Shown here: one piece after another, positions 26,984 through 34,306 of the stretch
Position numbering within the stretch: the first letter of the stretch is position 1
How the letters are laid out: the number at the start of each line of letters is the position of its first letter
Virus genome (UHGV): UHGV-0121572
Length of the DNA: 34,306 nt
From: a virus
Direction: 5' to 3' (one strand)
Program-made: the position numbers and the translations under genes
The notes under the pieces: generated by a model
Database searches by the model: none
Told to the model about the DNA's origin: nothing
Seen by the model: only the letters and a program-made list of their open reading frames with translations

Positions 26984-27276
26984 ATGCTAATAGGCTATGT
27001 ACTCCAATGGGCCGTTTCTTTTTTCATGTCATGGGTGCCCTGGCTGAAATGGAACGCGAACTGATAGTTGAACGTACCAGGGCGGGGCTTGCTGCAGCTC
27101 GCGCCAAAGGCAGAGTAGGTGGACGCCGTCCTAAGTTGACCATCGAACAGTGGGCACAGATTGGACGCTTACTCGAGGCCGGAGAATCAAGACAGCGTAT
27201 TGCACTGATTTTTGATGTGGGTGTTTCCACAATTTATAGAAAATTTCCGGCAAATAAGAGTAATGAATCTCCCTGA
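26984..27276 (+). pseudogene. Serine DNA invertase (Hin/Gin/Pin/Cin family) with internal deletion/frameshift
   Basis: ATG at 26984 with AAAGGAGAG RBS encodes MLIGYV (canonical invertase N-terminus) then goes out of frame; ORF 27007..27276 encodes only the C-terminal half (…FHVMGALAEMERELIVERTRAGLAAARAKGRVGGRRPKL…VGVSTIYRKF); the catalytic-serine region is missing. Confidence 0.75.
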
Positions 27277-27324
27277 ATCAGCATTATTTTGATTATCCCT
27301 GCAAGTAGACAAATACCGTAATTT

Positions 27325-27342
27325 TGTGTGAATAACGGTACA
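27325..27342. promoter_or_regulatory. Late-promoter activator site (TGT-N12-ACA) upstream of FI
   Basis: TGTGTGAATAACGGTACA, closely similar to the site upstream of O (TGTGTG…CGGTACA), centred ~85 bp upstream of the FI start. Confidence 0.45.
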
Positions 27343-27418
27343 ACTGCGCTTAGCTGTTTGTCAGGCACAATCACTTCAACATAGGGCGAAGCCTAATCCA
27401 ATCAGGAGGTTCGCCACT

Positions 27419-28591
27419 ATGGCTCAGGATTACCACCACGGGGTGCGCGTTGTTGAAGTCAACGAAGGCACCCGATCCATTACCACGGTGAGCACCGCCA
27501 TCGTGGGCATGGTCTGCACGGGCGATGATGCCGATGCAAAAATGTTTCCTCTTAATAAACCCGTGCTGATCACTGATGTACTGACCGCCAGCGGTAAAGC
27601 GGGTGAGTCCGGCACGCTGGCCCGTTCGCTGGATGCCATCGCTGACCAGGCAAAACCCGTGACCGTTGTTGTGCGTGTGCCGCAGGGTGAAACGGAAGAA
27701 GAAACCACGACTAATATTATCGGCGCAGTGACCGCTGAAGGTAAAAAAACAGGCATGAAAGCCCTGTTATCTGCCCAGACACAGCTCGGCGTTAAACCGC
27801 GCATTCTCGGCGTGCCAGGTCACGATAACAAAGCCGTTGCGACTGAGTTGCTGAGCGTGGCGCAAAGCCTGCGTGGGTTTGCTTACCTGTCAGCGTATGG
27901 CTGCAAGACGGTACAGGAGGCGATCACTTACCGTGAAAACTTCAGCCAGCGCGAAGGGATGCTGATCTGGCCTGACTTTACTGGCTGGGACACGGTGCTG
28001 AATGACGAAGCAACGGCATATGCCACCGCCCGTGCGCTCGGTCTGCGCGCCAAAATTGATGAGCAGACCGGGTGGCACAAGAGCCTGTCCAACGTAGGCG
28101 TGAACGGTGTCACCGGAATTTCTGCTGATGTGTTCTGGGATCTGCAGGACCCGGCAACCGATGCAGGTCTGCTTAACCAGAACGACGTCACCACCCTTAT
28201 CCGCAAGGACGGTTTCCGCTTCTGGGGTTCCCGCTGTCTGAGTGATGATCCGCTCTTTGCCTTCGAAAACTACACCCGCACGGCGCAGGTGCTGACGGAC
28301 ACGATGGCAGAAGCGCACATGTGGGCGGTGGACAAACCGCTTAACCCGTCGCTGGCCCGCGACATTATCGAAGGTATCCGCGCCAAAATGCGCAGTCTGG
28401 TAAGCCAGGGCTATCTCATTGGTGGTGATTGCTGGCTGGATGAGTCGGTGAACGACAAAGACACGCTGAAAGCCGGAAAACTCACCATCGACTATGACTA
28501 CACGCCAGTGCCGCCACTTGAAAATCTGATGCTGCGCCAGCGCATCACCGATCAGTACCTGGTGAATTTCGCCAGCCAGGTCAGCGCGTAA
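27419..28591 (+). CDS. FI: Tail sheath protein (P2 gpFI family)
   Basis: 390 aa; strong AGGAGG RBS; conserved FI-FII-E-T-U-D order. Confidence 0.9.
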   Translation: MAQDYHHGVRVVEVNEGTRSITTVSTAIVGMVCTGDDADAKMFPLNKPVLITDVLTASGKAGESGTLARSLDAIADQAKPVTVVVRVPQGETEEETTTNIIGAVTAEGKKTGMKALLSAQTQLGVKPRILGVPGHDNKAVATELLSVAQSLRGFAYLSAYGCKTVQEAITYRENFSQREGMLIWPDFTGWDTVLNDEATAYATARALGLRAKIDEQTGWHKSLSNVGVNGVTGISADVFWDLQDPATDAGLLNQNDVTTLIRKDGFRFWGSRCLSDDPLFAFENYTRTAQVLTDTMAEAHMWAVDKPLNPSLARDIIEGIRAKMRSLVSQGYLIGGDCWLDESVNDKDTLKAGKLTIDYDYTPVPPLENLMLRQRITDQYLVNFASQVSA

Positions 28592-28600
28592 GGGGACAAC

Positions 28601-29116
28601 ATGGCTTTACCACGCAAATTAAAACACCTGAACCTGTTTAACGACGGGAACAACTGGCAGGGGATCGTTGAGTCGCTGACGCTGCCGAAATTCACCCGCA
28701 AATATGAGAAGTATCGCGGCGGCGGAATGCCGGGTGCAGTGGATGTGGATCTGGGGCTTGATGACAGTGCGCTGGACACAGAATTTTCCATTGGTGGTAC
28801 TGAACTGCTGCTGTTTAAACAGATGGGCAAAGCCACGGTGGATGGCATCCAGCTGCGCTTTACCGGCTCTATCCAGCGTGACGATACCGGGGAAGTGCAG
28901 GCCGTGGAGCTTGTGGTGCGTGGACGTCACAAAGAAGTGGATTCCGGTGAGTGGAAGACGGGCGAAAGCAACACCACCAAAGTGACCAGTACCAACAGCT
29001 ACGCGAAGCTGACCATCAATGGTGAGGTGCTCTATGAAGTGGACCTCATCAACATGGTGGAAATTGTGGACGGTGTGGACCTGATGGAAGCGCACCGCAA
29101 CGCCCTCGGCCTCTGA
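28601..29116 (+). CDS. FII: Tail tube protein (P2 gpFII family)
   Basis: 171 aa directly after the sheath gene. Confidence 0.9.
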   Translation: MALPRKLKHLNLFNDGNNWQGIVESLTLPKFTRKYEKYRGGGMPGAVDVDLGLDDSALDTEFSIGGTELLLFKQMGKATVDGIQLRFTGSIQRDDTGEVQAVELVVRGRHKEVDSGEWKTGESNTTKVTSTNSYAKLTINGEVLYEVDLINMVEIVDGVDLMEAHRNALGL

Positions 29117-29170
29117 TGTATCTGAACGGCGCGGGATTCCGCGCCAGAACCCAATTTACAGGACAACAAA

Positions 29171-29473
29171 ATGAGCGATAAGCAGACTGAAAAGACCATT
29201 CAACTGGATACCCCCATCAAGCGCGGAAAAACGGAAATCACCGAAATTGTGCTGCGTAAACCGCAGTCCGGTGCGCTGCGCGGTACACGCCTGCAGGCCA
29301 TTATGGATATGGATGTGAATGCGATGATGACCGTGATCCCCCGCATCTCCAGTCCGGCACTGACTGCACAGGAAATTGCAGAGATGGACCCGGCAGATCT
29401 CACTGCCATGTCGGTTGAGGTTGTCATTTTTTTGTTGAAGAAGTCGGTGCTTGCCGGTTTACCGACAGCCTGA
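29171..29473 (+). CDS. E: Tail assembly chaperone E
   Basis: 100-aa ORF before the tape measure gene; contains a T7G slippery run near its 3' end. Confidence 0.8.
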   Translation: MSDKQTEKTIQLDTPIKRGKTEITEIVLRKPQSGALRGTRLQAIMDMDVNAMMTVIPRISSPALTAQEIAEMDPADLTAMSVEVVIFLLKKSVLAGLPTA

Positions 29474-29607
29474 CGGTTGACGATCTGGTGGCTGATATCG
29501 CCACCATCTTTCACTGGCCGCCATCCGTTACTGACGTTATGCCGCTGACCGAAGTGCTGGAATGGCGGTATAAAGCGATTCAGAGAAGCGGGGCCAACGA
29601 TGAGTGA
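29171..29607 (+). CDS. E+E' fusion product via programmed -1 ribosomal frameshift
   Basis: Slippery run TTTTTTTG at 29427-29434; the -1 frame stays open to a TGA at 29605-29607, encoding …DIATIFHWPPSVTDVMPLTEVLEWRYKAIQRSGANDE; analogous to P2 E/E' and lambda G/GT. Confidence 0.55.
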
Positions 29608-32600
29608 TAATAACCTGCGGCTGCAGGTCATTCTTAATGCGGTTGACAAACTCACCCGCCCATTCCGTGCTGCACAGGCCAGTTCGAAAGAGCTGGCTGG
29701 CGCAATCAGAAACTCCCGTGACGCATTAAAGCAACTCAATCAGGCGGGTAACAGCCTGGAAAAATTTCGCAAGCTGCAGGCTGATAACAAGAAGTTAGGC
29801 GACAGGCTGAACTATGCCAGACAGAAGGCTAATTTGCTTAGCTCTGAGCTGGAGGCGATGGAACAACCATCACAACGGCACCTTGTGGCTTTAGGTCGGC
29901 AAACGCTGGCAGTCCAACGCCTGGAAGAACAGCAAAAATATTTGCAGAAGCAAACGGCGCTTGTGCGTGCAGAGCTGTACCGGGCGGGAATTTCTGCGAA
30001 AGATGATGCGGGAGCAACCGCCCGTTTAGCCCGTGAAACATCACGTTATAACCAGGAATTGTCGAAACAGGAGGCGCGGCTGAAGCGACTGGGGGAAGCT
30101 CAGCGCAGGATGAATGCAGCACGTGCCAGTTATGCCCGTTCGCTGGAGGTGCGCGATCGTATTGCAGGTGCCGGAGCCACCACCACGGCTGCAGGGCTGG
30201 CAATGGGCGCACCAGTGATGGCGGCAGTAAAAAGCTATACCAGCATGGAAGATGCCATGAAAGGTGTGGCAAAGCAGGTCAATGGTCTGCGTGACGATAA
30301 TGGCAACCGCACTGCACGTTTTTATGAAATGCAGGATGCCATCAAGGCTGCCAGCGAACAGTTGCCGATGGAAAACGGTGCGGTGGATTTCGCTGCACTG
30401 GTTGAAGGTGGTGCGCGCATGAACGTCGCAAACCCTGACGACAGCTGGGAAGACCAGAAACGTGACCTGCTGGCCTTCGCCAGTACGGCAGCAAAGGCGG
30501 CAACAGCCTTTGAGCTGCCAGCGGATGAACTGTCAGAAAGTCTGGGGAAAATCGCCCAGCTCTACAAAATCCCTACCCGCAATATTGAACAGCTCGGTGA
30601 TGCGCTGAACTATCTGGATGATAACGCCATGTCGAAAGGGGCAGATATCATTGATGTCATGCAACGCCTGGGTGGTGTGGCTGATCGTCTGGATTATCGT
30701 AAAGCGGCGGCGCTGGGTTCCACCTTCCTGACACTGGGCGCTGCGCCAGAGGTTGCAGCCAGTGCAGCAAACGCGATGGTGCGTGAATTGTCCATTGCCA
30801 CCATGCAAAGCAAGAGTTTCTTTGAAGGGATGAATCTGCTGAAACTCAATCCTGAAGTGATTGAAAAGCAGATGACGAAGGATGCGATGGGAACCATCCA
30901 GCGCGTGCTGGAGAAGGTGAACGCACTGCCGCAGGACAAGCGTCTGTCTGCCATGACCATGTTGTTTGGTAAAGAGTTTGGTGATGACGCGGCGAAACTG
31001 GCAAACAACCTGCCGGAACTGCAGCGCCAGCTAAAACTGACAGCGGGCAATGATGCGCTCGGCTCCATGCAGAAAGAATCCGACATTAACAAGGACTCAC
31101 TTTCTGCGCAGTGGTTGCTGGTTAAAACCGGAGCGCAGAACACCTTCAGCAGCCTGGGCGAAACGCTGCGCCAGCCGCTGATGGATATTCTGTACATGGT
31201 GAAAAGCGTCACGGGAGCGTCGCGTCGTTGGGTGGAAGCTAACCCGGAACTGACGGGCACACTGATGAAAGTAGCCGCTGTGGTGGCTGCCGTTACCGTG
31301 GGCCTCGGCACCTTAGCGGTGGCGCTGGCTGCAGTGCTGGGGCCGCTGGCAGTCATCCGTCTGGGGTTCTCTGTGCTGGGTATCAAAACGTTACCTTCCG
31401 TTACGGCAGCAGTAACCCGAACCAGCAGCGCGTTGTCCTGGCTGGCTGGCGCACCACTGGCACTGCTGCGACGCGGGCTTGCTTCATCGGGCAACGCTGC
31501 GGGTTTACTTACTGCGCCGTTGTCGTCTTTGCGCCGCACGGCATCACTGACGGGAAATGTCCTGAAAACTGTAGCAGGTGCGCCGGTTGCACTTTTGCGG
31601 TCTGGATTATCCGGTTTACGTGCAGTTGCTGTGATGTTTATGAATCCACTGGCAGCACTACGCGGCGGGTTTGCTGCCGCAGGCGCGGTGCTGCGTGTGC
31701 TGGCATCCGGTTCGCTGGCGATGCTGCGCGTTGCCCTGTATGCCGTATCAGGTCTGTTAGGTGCTTTGCTCAGTCCGATAGGTCTTGTGGTTACTGCACT
31801 GGCGGGTGTGGCGCTGGTTGTCTGGAAATACTGGCAACCCATCACCGCATTTCTCGGTGGCGTGGTGGAAGGATTCAAAGCAGCGGCTGGTCCCATCAGT
31901 GCCGCATTCGAACCACTTAAGCCTGTGTTCCAGTGGATTGGAGACAAAGTGCAGGCGCTGTGGGGCTGGTTTACTGACCTGCTGACGCCTGTTAAGTCGA
32001 CCTCTGCCGAACTGCAGAGTGCAGCGGCAATGGGGCGACGATTCGGGGAGGCACTGGCGGAAGGGCTGAATATGGTCATGCATCCGCTGGACTCGCTGAA
32101 ATCCGGCGTTTCCTGGTTGCTGGAGAAACTCGGCATTGTCAGTAAAGAGGCTGCAAAAGCGAAACTGCCGGAAAGCGTGACGCGTCAGCAACCTGCGACG
32201 GTGAATGCAGACGGTAAAGTGATGATGCCATCGGGTGGTTTTCCGTCATGGGGATATGGCTTTGCGGGGATGTATGACAGCGGCGGGTATATCCCGCGCG
32301 GGCAGTTCGGCATTGTCGGTGAAAACGGGCCTGAAATTGTTAACGGTCCGGCAAACGTGACCAGCCGGAGAAATACAGCTGCACTGGCTGCGGTTGTTGC
32401 CGGAATGATGGGTGTTGCTGCCGCGCCAGCAGAGCTTCCACCGTTGCACCCTTTGGCACTTCCCGCGAAAGGCGGTGAAGCGATGGTGAGTCGCGCAGCT
32501 GCTGTGCCGCCCGTTCACCGGATTGAGGCACCGACGCAGATCATCATCCAGACGCAGCCAGGACAAAGTGCGCAGGATATTGCGCGGGAGGTGGCACGCC

Positions 32601-32677
32601 AGCTTGATGAACGTGAACGCAGACTGAAGGCAAAGGCCAGGAGTAACTACAGCGATCAGGGGGGATACGACGCATGA
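29600..32677 (+). CDS. T: Tail tape measure protein (P2 gpT family)
   Basis: 1025 aa; N-terminal coiled-coil-rich, Ala/Gly/Leu-rich hydrophobic central region; position after E/E'. Confidence 0.9.
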   Translation: MSDNNLRLQVILNAVDKLTRPFRAAQASSKELAGAIRNSRDALKQLNQAGNSLEKFRKLQADNKKLGDRLNYARQKANLLSSELEAMEQPSQRHLVALGRQTLAVQRLEEQQKYLQKQTALVRAELYRAGISAKDDAGATARLARETSRYNQELSKQEARLKRLGEAQRRMNAARASYARSLEVRDRIAGAGATTTAAGLAMGAPVMAAVKSYTSMEDAMKGVAKQVNGLRDDNGNRTARFYEMQDAIKAASEQLPMENGAVDFAALVEGGARMNVANPDDSWEDQKRDLLAFASTAAKAATAFELPADELSESLGKIAQLYKIPTRNIEQLGDALNYLDDNAMSKGADIIDVMQRLGGVADRLDYRKAAALGSTFLTLGAAPEVAASAANAMVRELSIATMQSKSFFEGMNLLKLNPEVIEKQMTKDAMGTIQRVLEKVNALPQDKRLSAMTMLFGKEFGDDAAKLANNLPELQRQLKLTAGNDALGSMQKESDINKDSLSAQWLLVKTGAQNTFSSLGETLRQPLMDILYMVKSVTGASRRWVEANPELTGTLMKVAAVVAAVTVGLGTLAVALAAVLGPLAVIRLGFSVLGIKTLPSVTAAVTRTSSALSWLAGAPLALLRRGLASSGNAAGLLTAPLSSLRRTASLTGNVLKTVAGAPVALLRSGLSGLRAVAVMFMNPLAALRGGFAAAGAVLRVLASGSLAMLRVALYAVSGLLGALLSPIGLVVTALAGVALVVWKYWQPITAFLGGVVEGFKAAAGPISAAFEPLKPVFQWIGDKVQALWGWFTDLLTPVKSTSAELQSAAAMGRRFGEALAEGLNMVMHPLDSLKSGVSWLLEKLGIVSKEAAKAKLPESVTRQQPATVNADGKVMMPSGGFPSWGYGFAGMYDSGGYIPRGQFGIVGENGPEIVNGPANVTSRRNTAALAAVVAGMMGVAAAPAELPPLHPLALPAKGGEAMVSRAAAVPPVHRIEAPTQIIIQTQPGQSAQDIAREVARQLDERERRLKAKARSNYSDQGGYDA

Positions 32678-33159
32678 TGATGGTGCTGGGATTGTACGTG
32701 TTTATGCTGCGCACCGTGCCGTATCAGGAGCTGCAGTATCAGCGCAGCTGGCGACATGCGGCTAACAGCCGGGTTAACCGACGCCCGTCAACGCAGTTTC
32801 TGGGACCGGACAACGACGTGCTGACGCTTTCTGGTGTTCTTATGCCGGAGATAACAGGCGGCAGGCTGTCGTTGCTGGCACTGGAGCAGATGGCAGAACA
32901 GGGGAAAGCATGGCCTCTGATTGAAGGCAGCGGCACGATTTACGGCATGTATGTGATTGAGGGACTGAATCAGACTAAAACGGAGTTTTTCCGCGACGGT
33001 ATGCCGCGCCGGATTGAGTTCACCCTGTCGCTCAAACGGGTGGATGAATCCCTGTCCGATATGTTCGGTGATCTCAGTTCGCAGCTGAATAATCTGCAGG
33101 ACACGGCAACATCTGCATTAAGCGATATCAGTAAAACGGTGGGAGGGCTGCTGTCGTGA
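32674..33159 (+). CDS. U: Tail protein U (P2 gpU family)
   Basis: 161-aa ORF overlapping the T stop; conserved order. Confidence 0.85.
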   Translation: MMMVLGLYVFMLRTVPYQELQYQRSWRHAANSRVNRRPSTQFLGPDNDVLTLSGVLMPEITGGRLSLLALEQMAEQGKAWPLIEGSGTIYGMYVIEGLNQTKTEFFRDGMPRRIEFTLSLKRVDESLSDMFGDLSSQLNNLQDTATSALSDISKTVGGLLS

Positions 33160-34256
33160 ATTTCAGCTCTGAACTGCTTAACAAAGGCAACAAAACTCCG
33201 GCATTCAGCATCAGTATTGAGGGCAGGGATATCACCACTGTGCTGGATAACCGCCTGATGAGTCTGACGCTGACGGACAATCGGGGCTTTGAAGCGGACC
33301 AGCTTGATCTGGAACTGGATGATGCCGACGGAAAAATCGTGCTGCCGCGCCGTGGTGCGGTCATTACGCTGGCGCTGGGGTGGAAGGGGCAGCCGCTTTT
33401 CCCGAAAGGGGCATTCACGGTGGATGAAATTGAACACACTGGTGCACCGGACCGCCTGACTATCCGGGCGCGAAGTGCTGATTTTCGGGAAACGCTGAAT
33501 ATCCGTCGTGAAAAATCGTGGCACAAGACCACAGTTGGGGAAGTGGTGAAGGAAATAGCCGCGCGTCACAAGCTGAAGATGGCACTGGGTAAAGACCTGT
33601 CGGATAAGCCCGTGGAACATATAGACCAGACTAATGAGAGTGACGGCAGTTTTCTGATGCGGCTGGCGCGCCAGTACGGTGCTATTGCGTCGGTGAAAAA
33701 TGGCAATCTGTTATTCATTCGGCAGGGACAGGGTAAAAGTGCTAGCGGTAAACCACTGCCGGTGATCACTATCACACGTAAGGACGGCGACAGTCACCGC
33801 TTTACCCTGGCAGATCGCGGAGCTTACACGGGCGTAATTGCCAGCTGGTTGCATACCCGCGAACCCGCGAAGAAAGAAAGCACCACGGTGAAGCGTAAGC
33901 GCAGGACTAAGAAGCAGAAGAAAGAGCCGGAAGCGAAGCAGGGCGATTACCTGGTGGGTACGGATGAAAACGTGCTGGTACTCAATCGCACCTATGCCAA
34001 CCGGAGTAACGCCGAACGGGCAGCGAAAATGCAGTGGGAACGCCTGCAACGCGGTGTTGCGTCATTCTCGCTACAACTGGCGGAAGGTCGGGCAGATCTC
34101 TACACGGAAATGCCTGTGAAGGTCAGTGGCTTTAAACAGCCAATAGATGATGCGGAATGGACCATTACCACCCTGACGCATACTGTCAGCCCGGATAACG
34201 GTTTTACGACCAGTCTGGAGCTTGAAGTGAAGATTGATGATTTCGAAATGGAATGA
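33156..34256 (+). CDS. D: Tail protein D (P2 gpD, late control/tail formation)
   Basis: 366-aa ORF overlapping the U stop; last gene of the tail operon before the expected ogr/B and attR (not in window). Confidence 0.85.
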   Translation: MNFSSELLNKGNKTPAFSISIEGRDITTVLDNRLMSLTLTDNRGFEADQLDLELDDADGKIVLPRRGAVITLALGWKGQPLFPKGAFTVDEIEHTGAPDRLTIRARSADFRETLNIRREKSWHKTTVGEVVKEIAARHKLKMALGKDLSDKPVEHIDQTNESDGSFLMRLARQYGAIASVKNGNLLFIRQGQGKSASGKPLPVITITRKDGDSHRFTLADRGAYTGVIASWLHTREPAKKESTTVKRKRRTKKQKKEPEAKQGDYLVGTDENVLVLNRTYANRSNAERAAKMQWERLQRGVASFSLQLAEGRADLYTEMPVKVSGFKQPIDDAEWTITTLTHTVSPDNGFTTSLELEVKIDDFEME

Positions 34257-34306
34257 TTCTTCGCAATGGAGAACTTTTAAGTTTGCAAAATGGAATAATG
34301 CGGTAT

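Noticed and set aside
30694-32136. 480-aa ORF on the - strand inside the tape measure gene
   Set aside because: Antisense shadow ORF within the GC-rich, Ala/Gly-rich T coding region; low-complexity Ser/Ala/Pro-rich translation; the + strand T gene is in conserved context.
34257-34306. Possible start of ogr/B late activator gene at the window edge
   Set aside because: Only ~50 bp remain; no in-frame ORF of meaningful length can be assessed.
1-34306. Search for tRNA, rRNA and CRISPR features
   Set aside because: No tRNA-like conserved arm motifs near the int-proximal boundary, no rRNA-like segments and no spacer-repeat arrays were recognised on visual inspection; a tRNAscan/Infernal run would be needed to be certain.

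Overview
From about 0.6 kb to its end, the window is a P2/186-type temperate myovirus prophage in an enterobacterial-looking chromosome; only the first ~0.6 kb (a TetR-family regulator gene) looks like host DNA. All calls rest on reading the six-frame translations and the DNA by eye; no database search was run. Gene order is: int, a 186-type CI repressor, then the rightward early operon (Apl/Cox-like, CII, small ORFs, TraR/DksA-like zinc finger, Dam-like methyltransferase, replication protein A); a LexA-box-fronted DinI-like (tum-like) module; a candidate cos site; then the late genes Q-P (leftward), O-N-M-L-X-holin-endolysin-lysA/B/C-R-S, V-W-J-I-H-G, FI-FII-E/E'-T-U-D. The window stops just after D, so ogr/B and attR are not included. 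Two positions that are variable cargo hotspots in P2-like phages carry AT-rich non-phage genes. (1) Between the cos-like site and the portal gene is a two-gene operon encoding an ABC/AAA-type ATPase plus an HNH nuclease (Septu PtuA/PtuB-like architecture). (2) Between tail-fibre assembly gene G and sheath gene FI is an orphan 290-aa gene with no motif I recognise; it sits inside a decayed Mu-like tail-fibre inversion switch (gix-like site in H, a G' remnant, an internally deleted invertase). These two loci are the best candidates for an anti-phage or otherwise undescribed system. Further secreted/membrane cargo proteins lie near int, between int and cI, and between the DinI-like gene and cos. 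No rRNA, tRNA or CRISPR array was seen.
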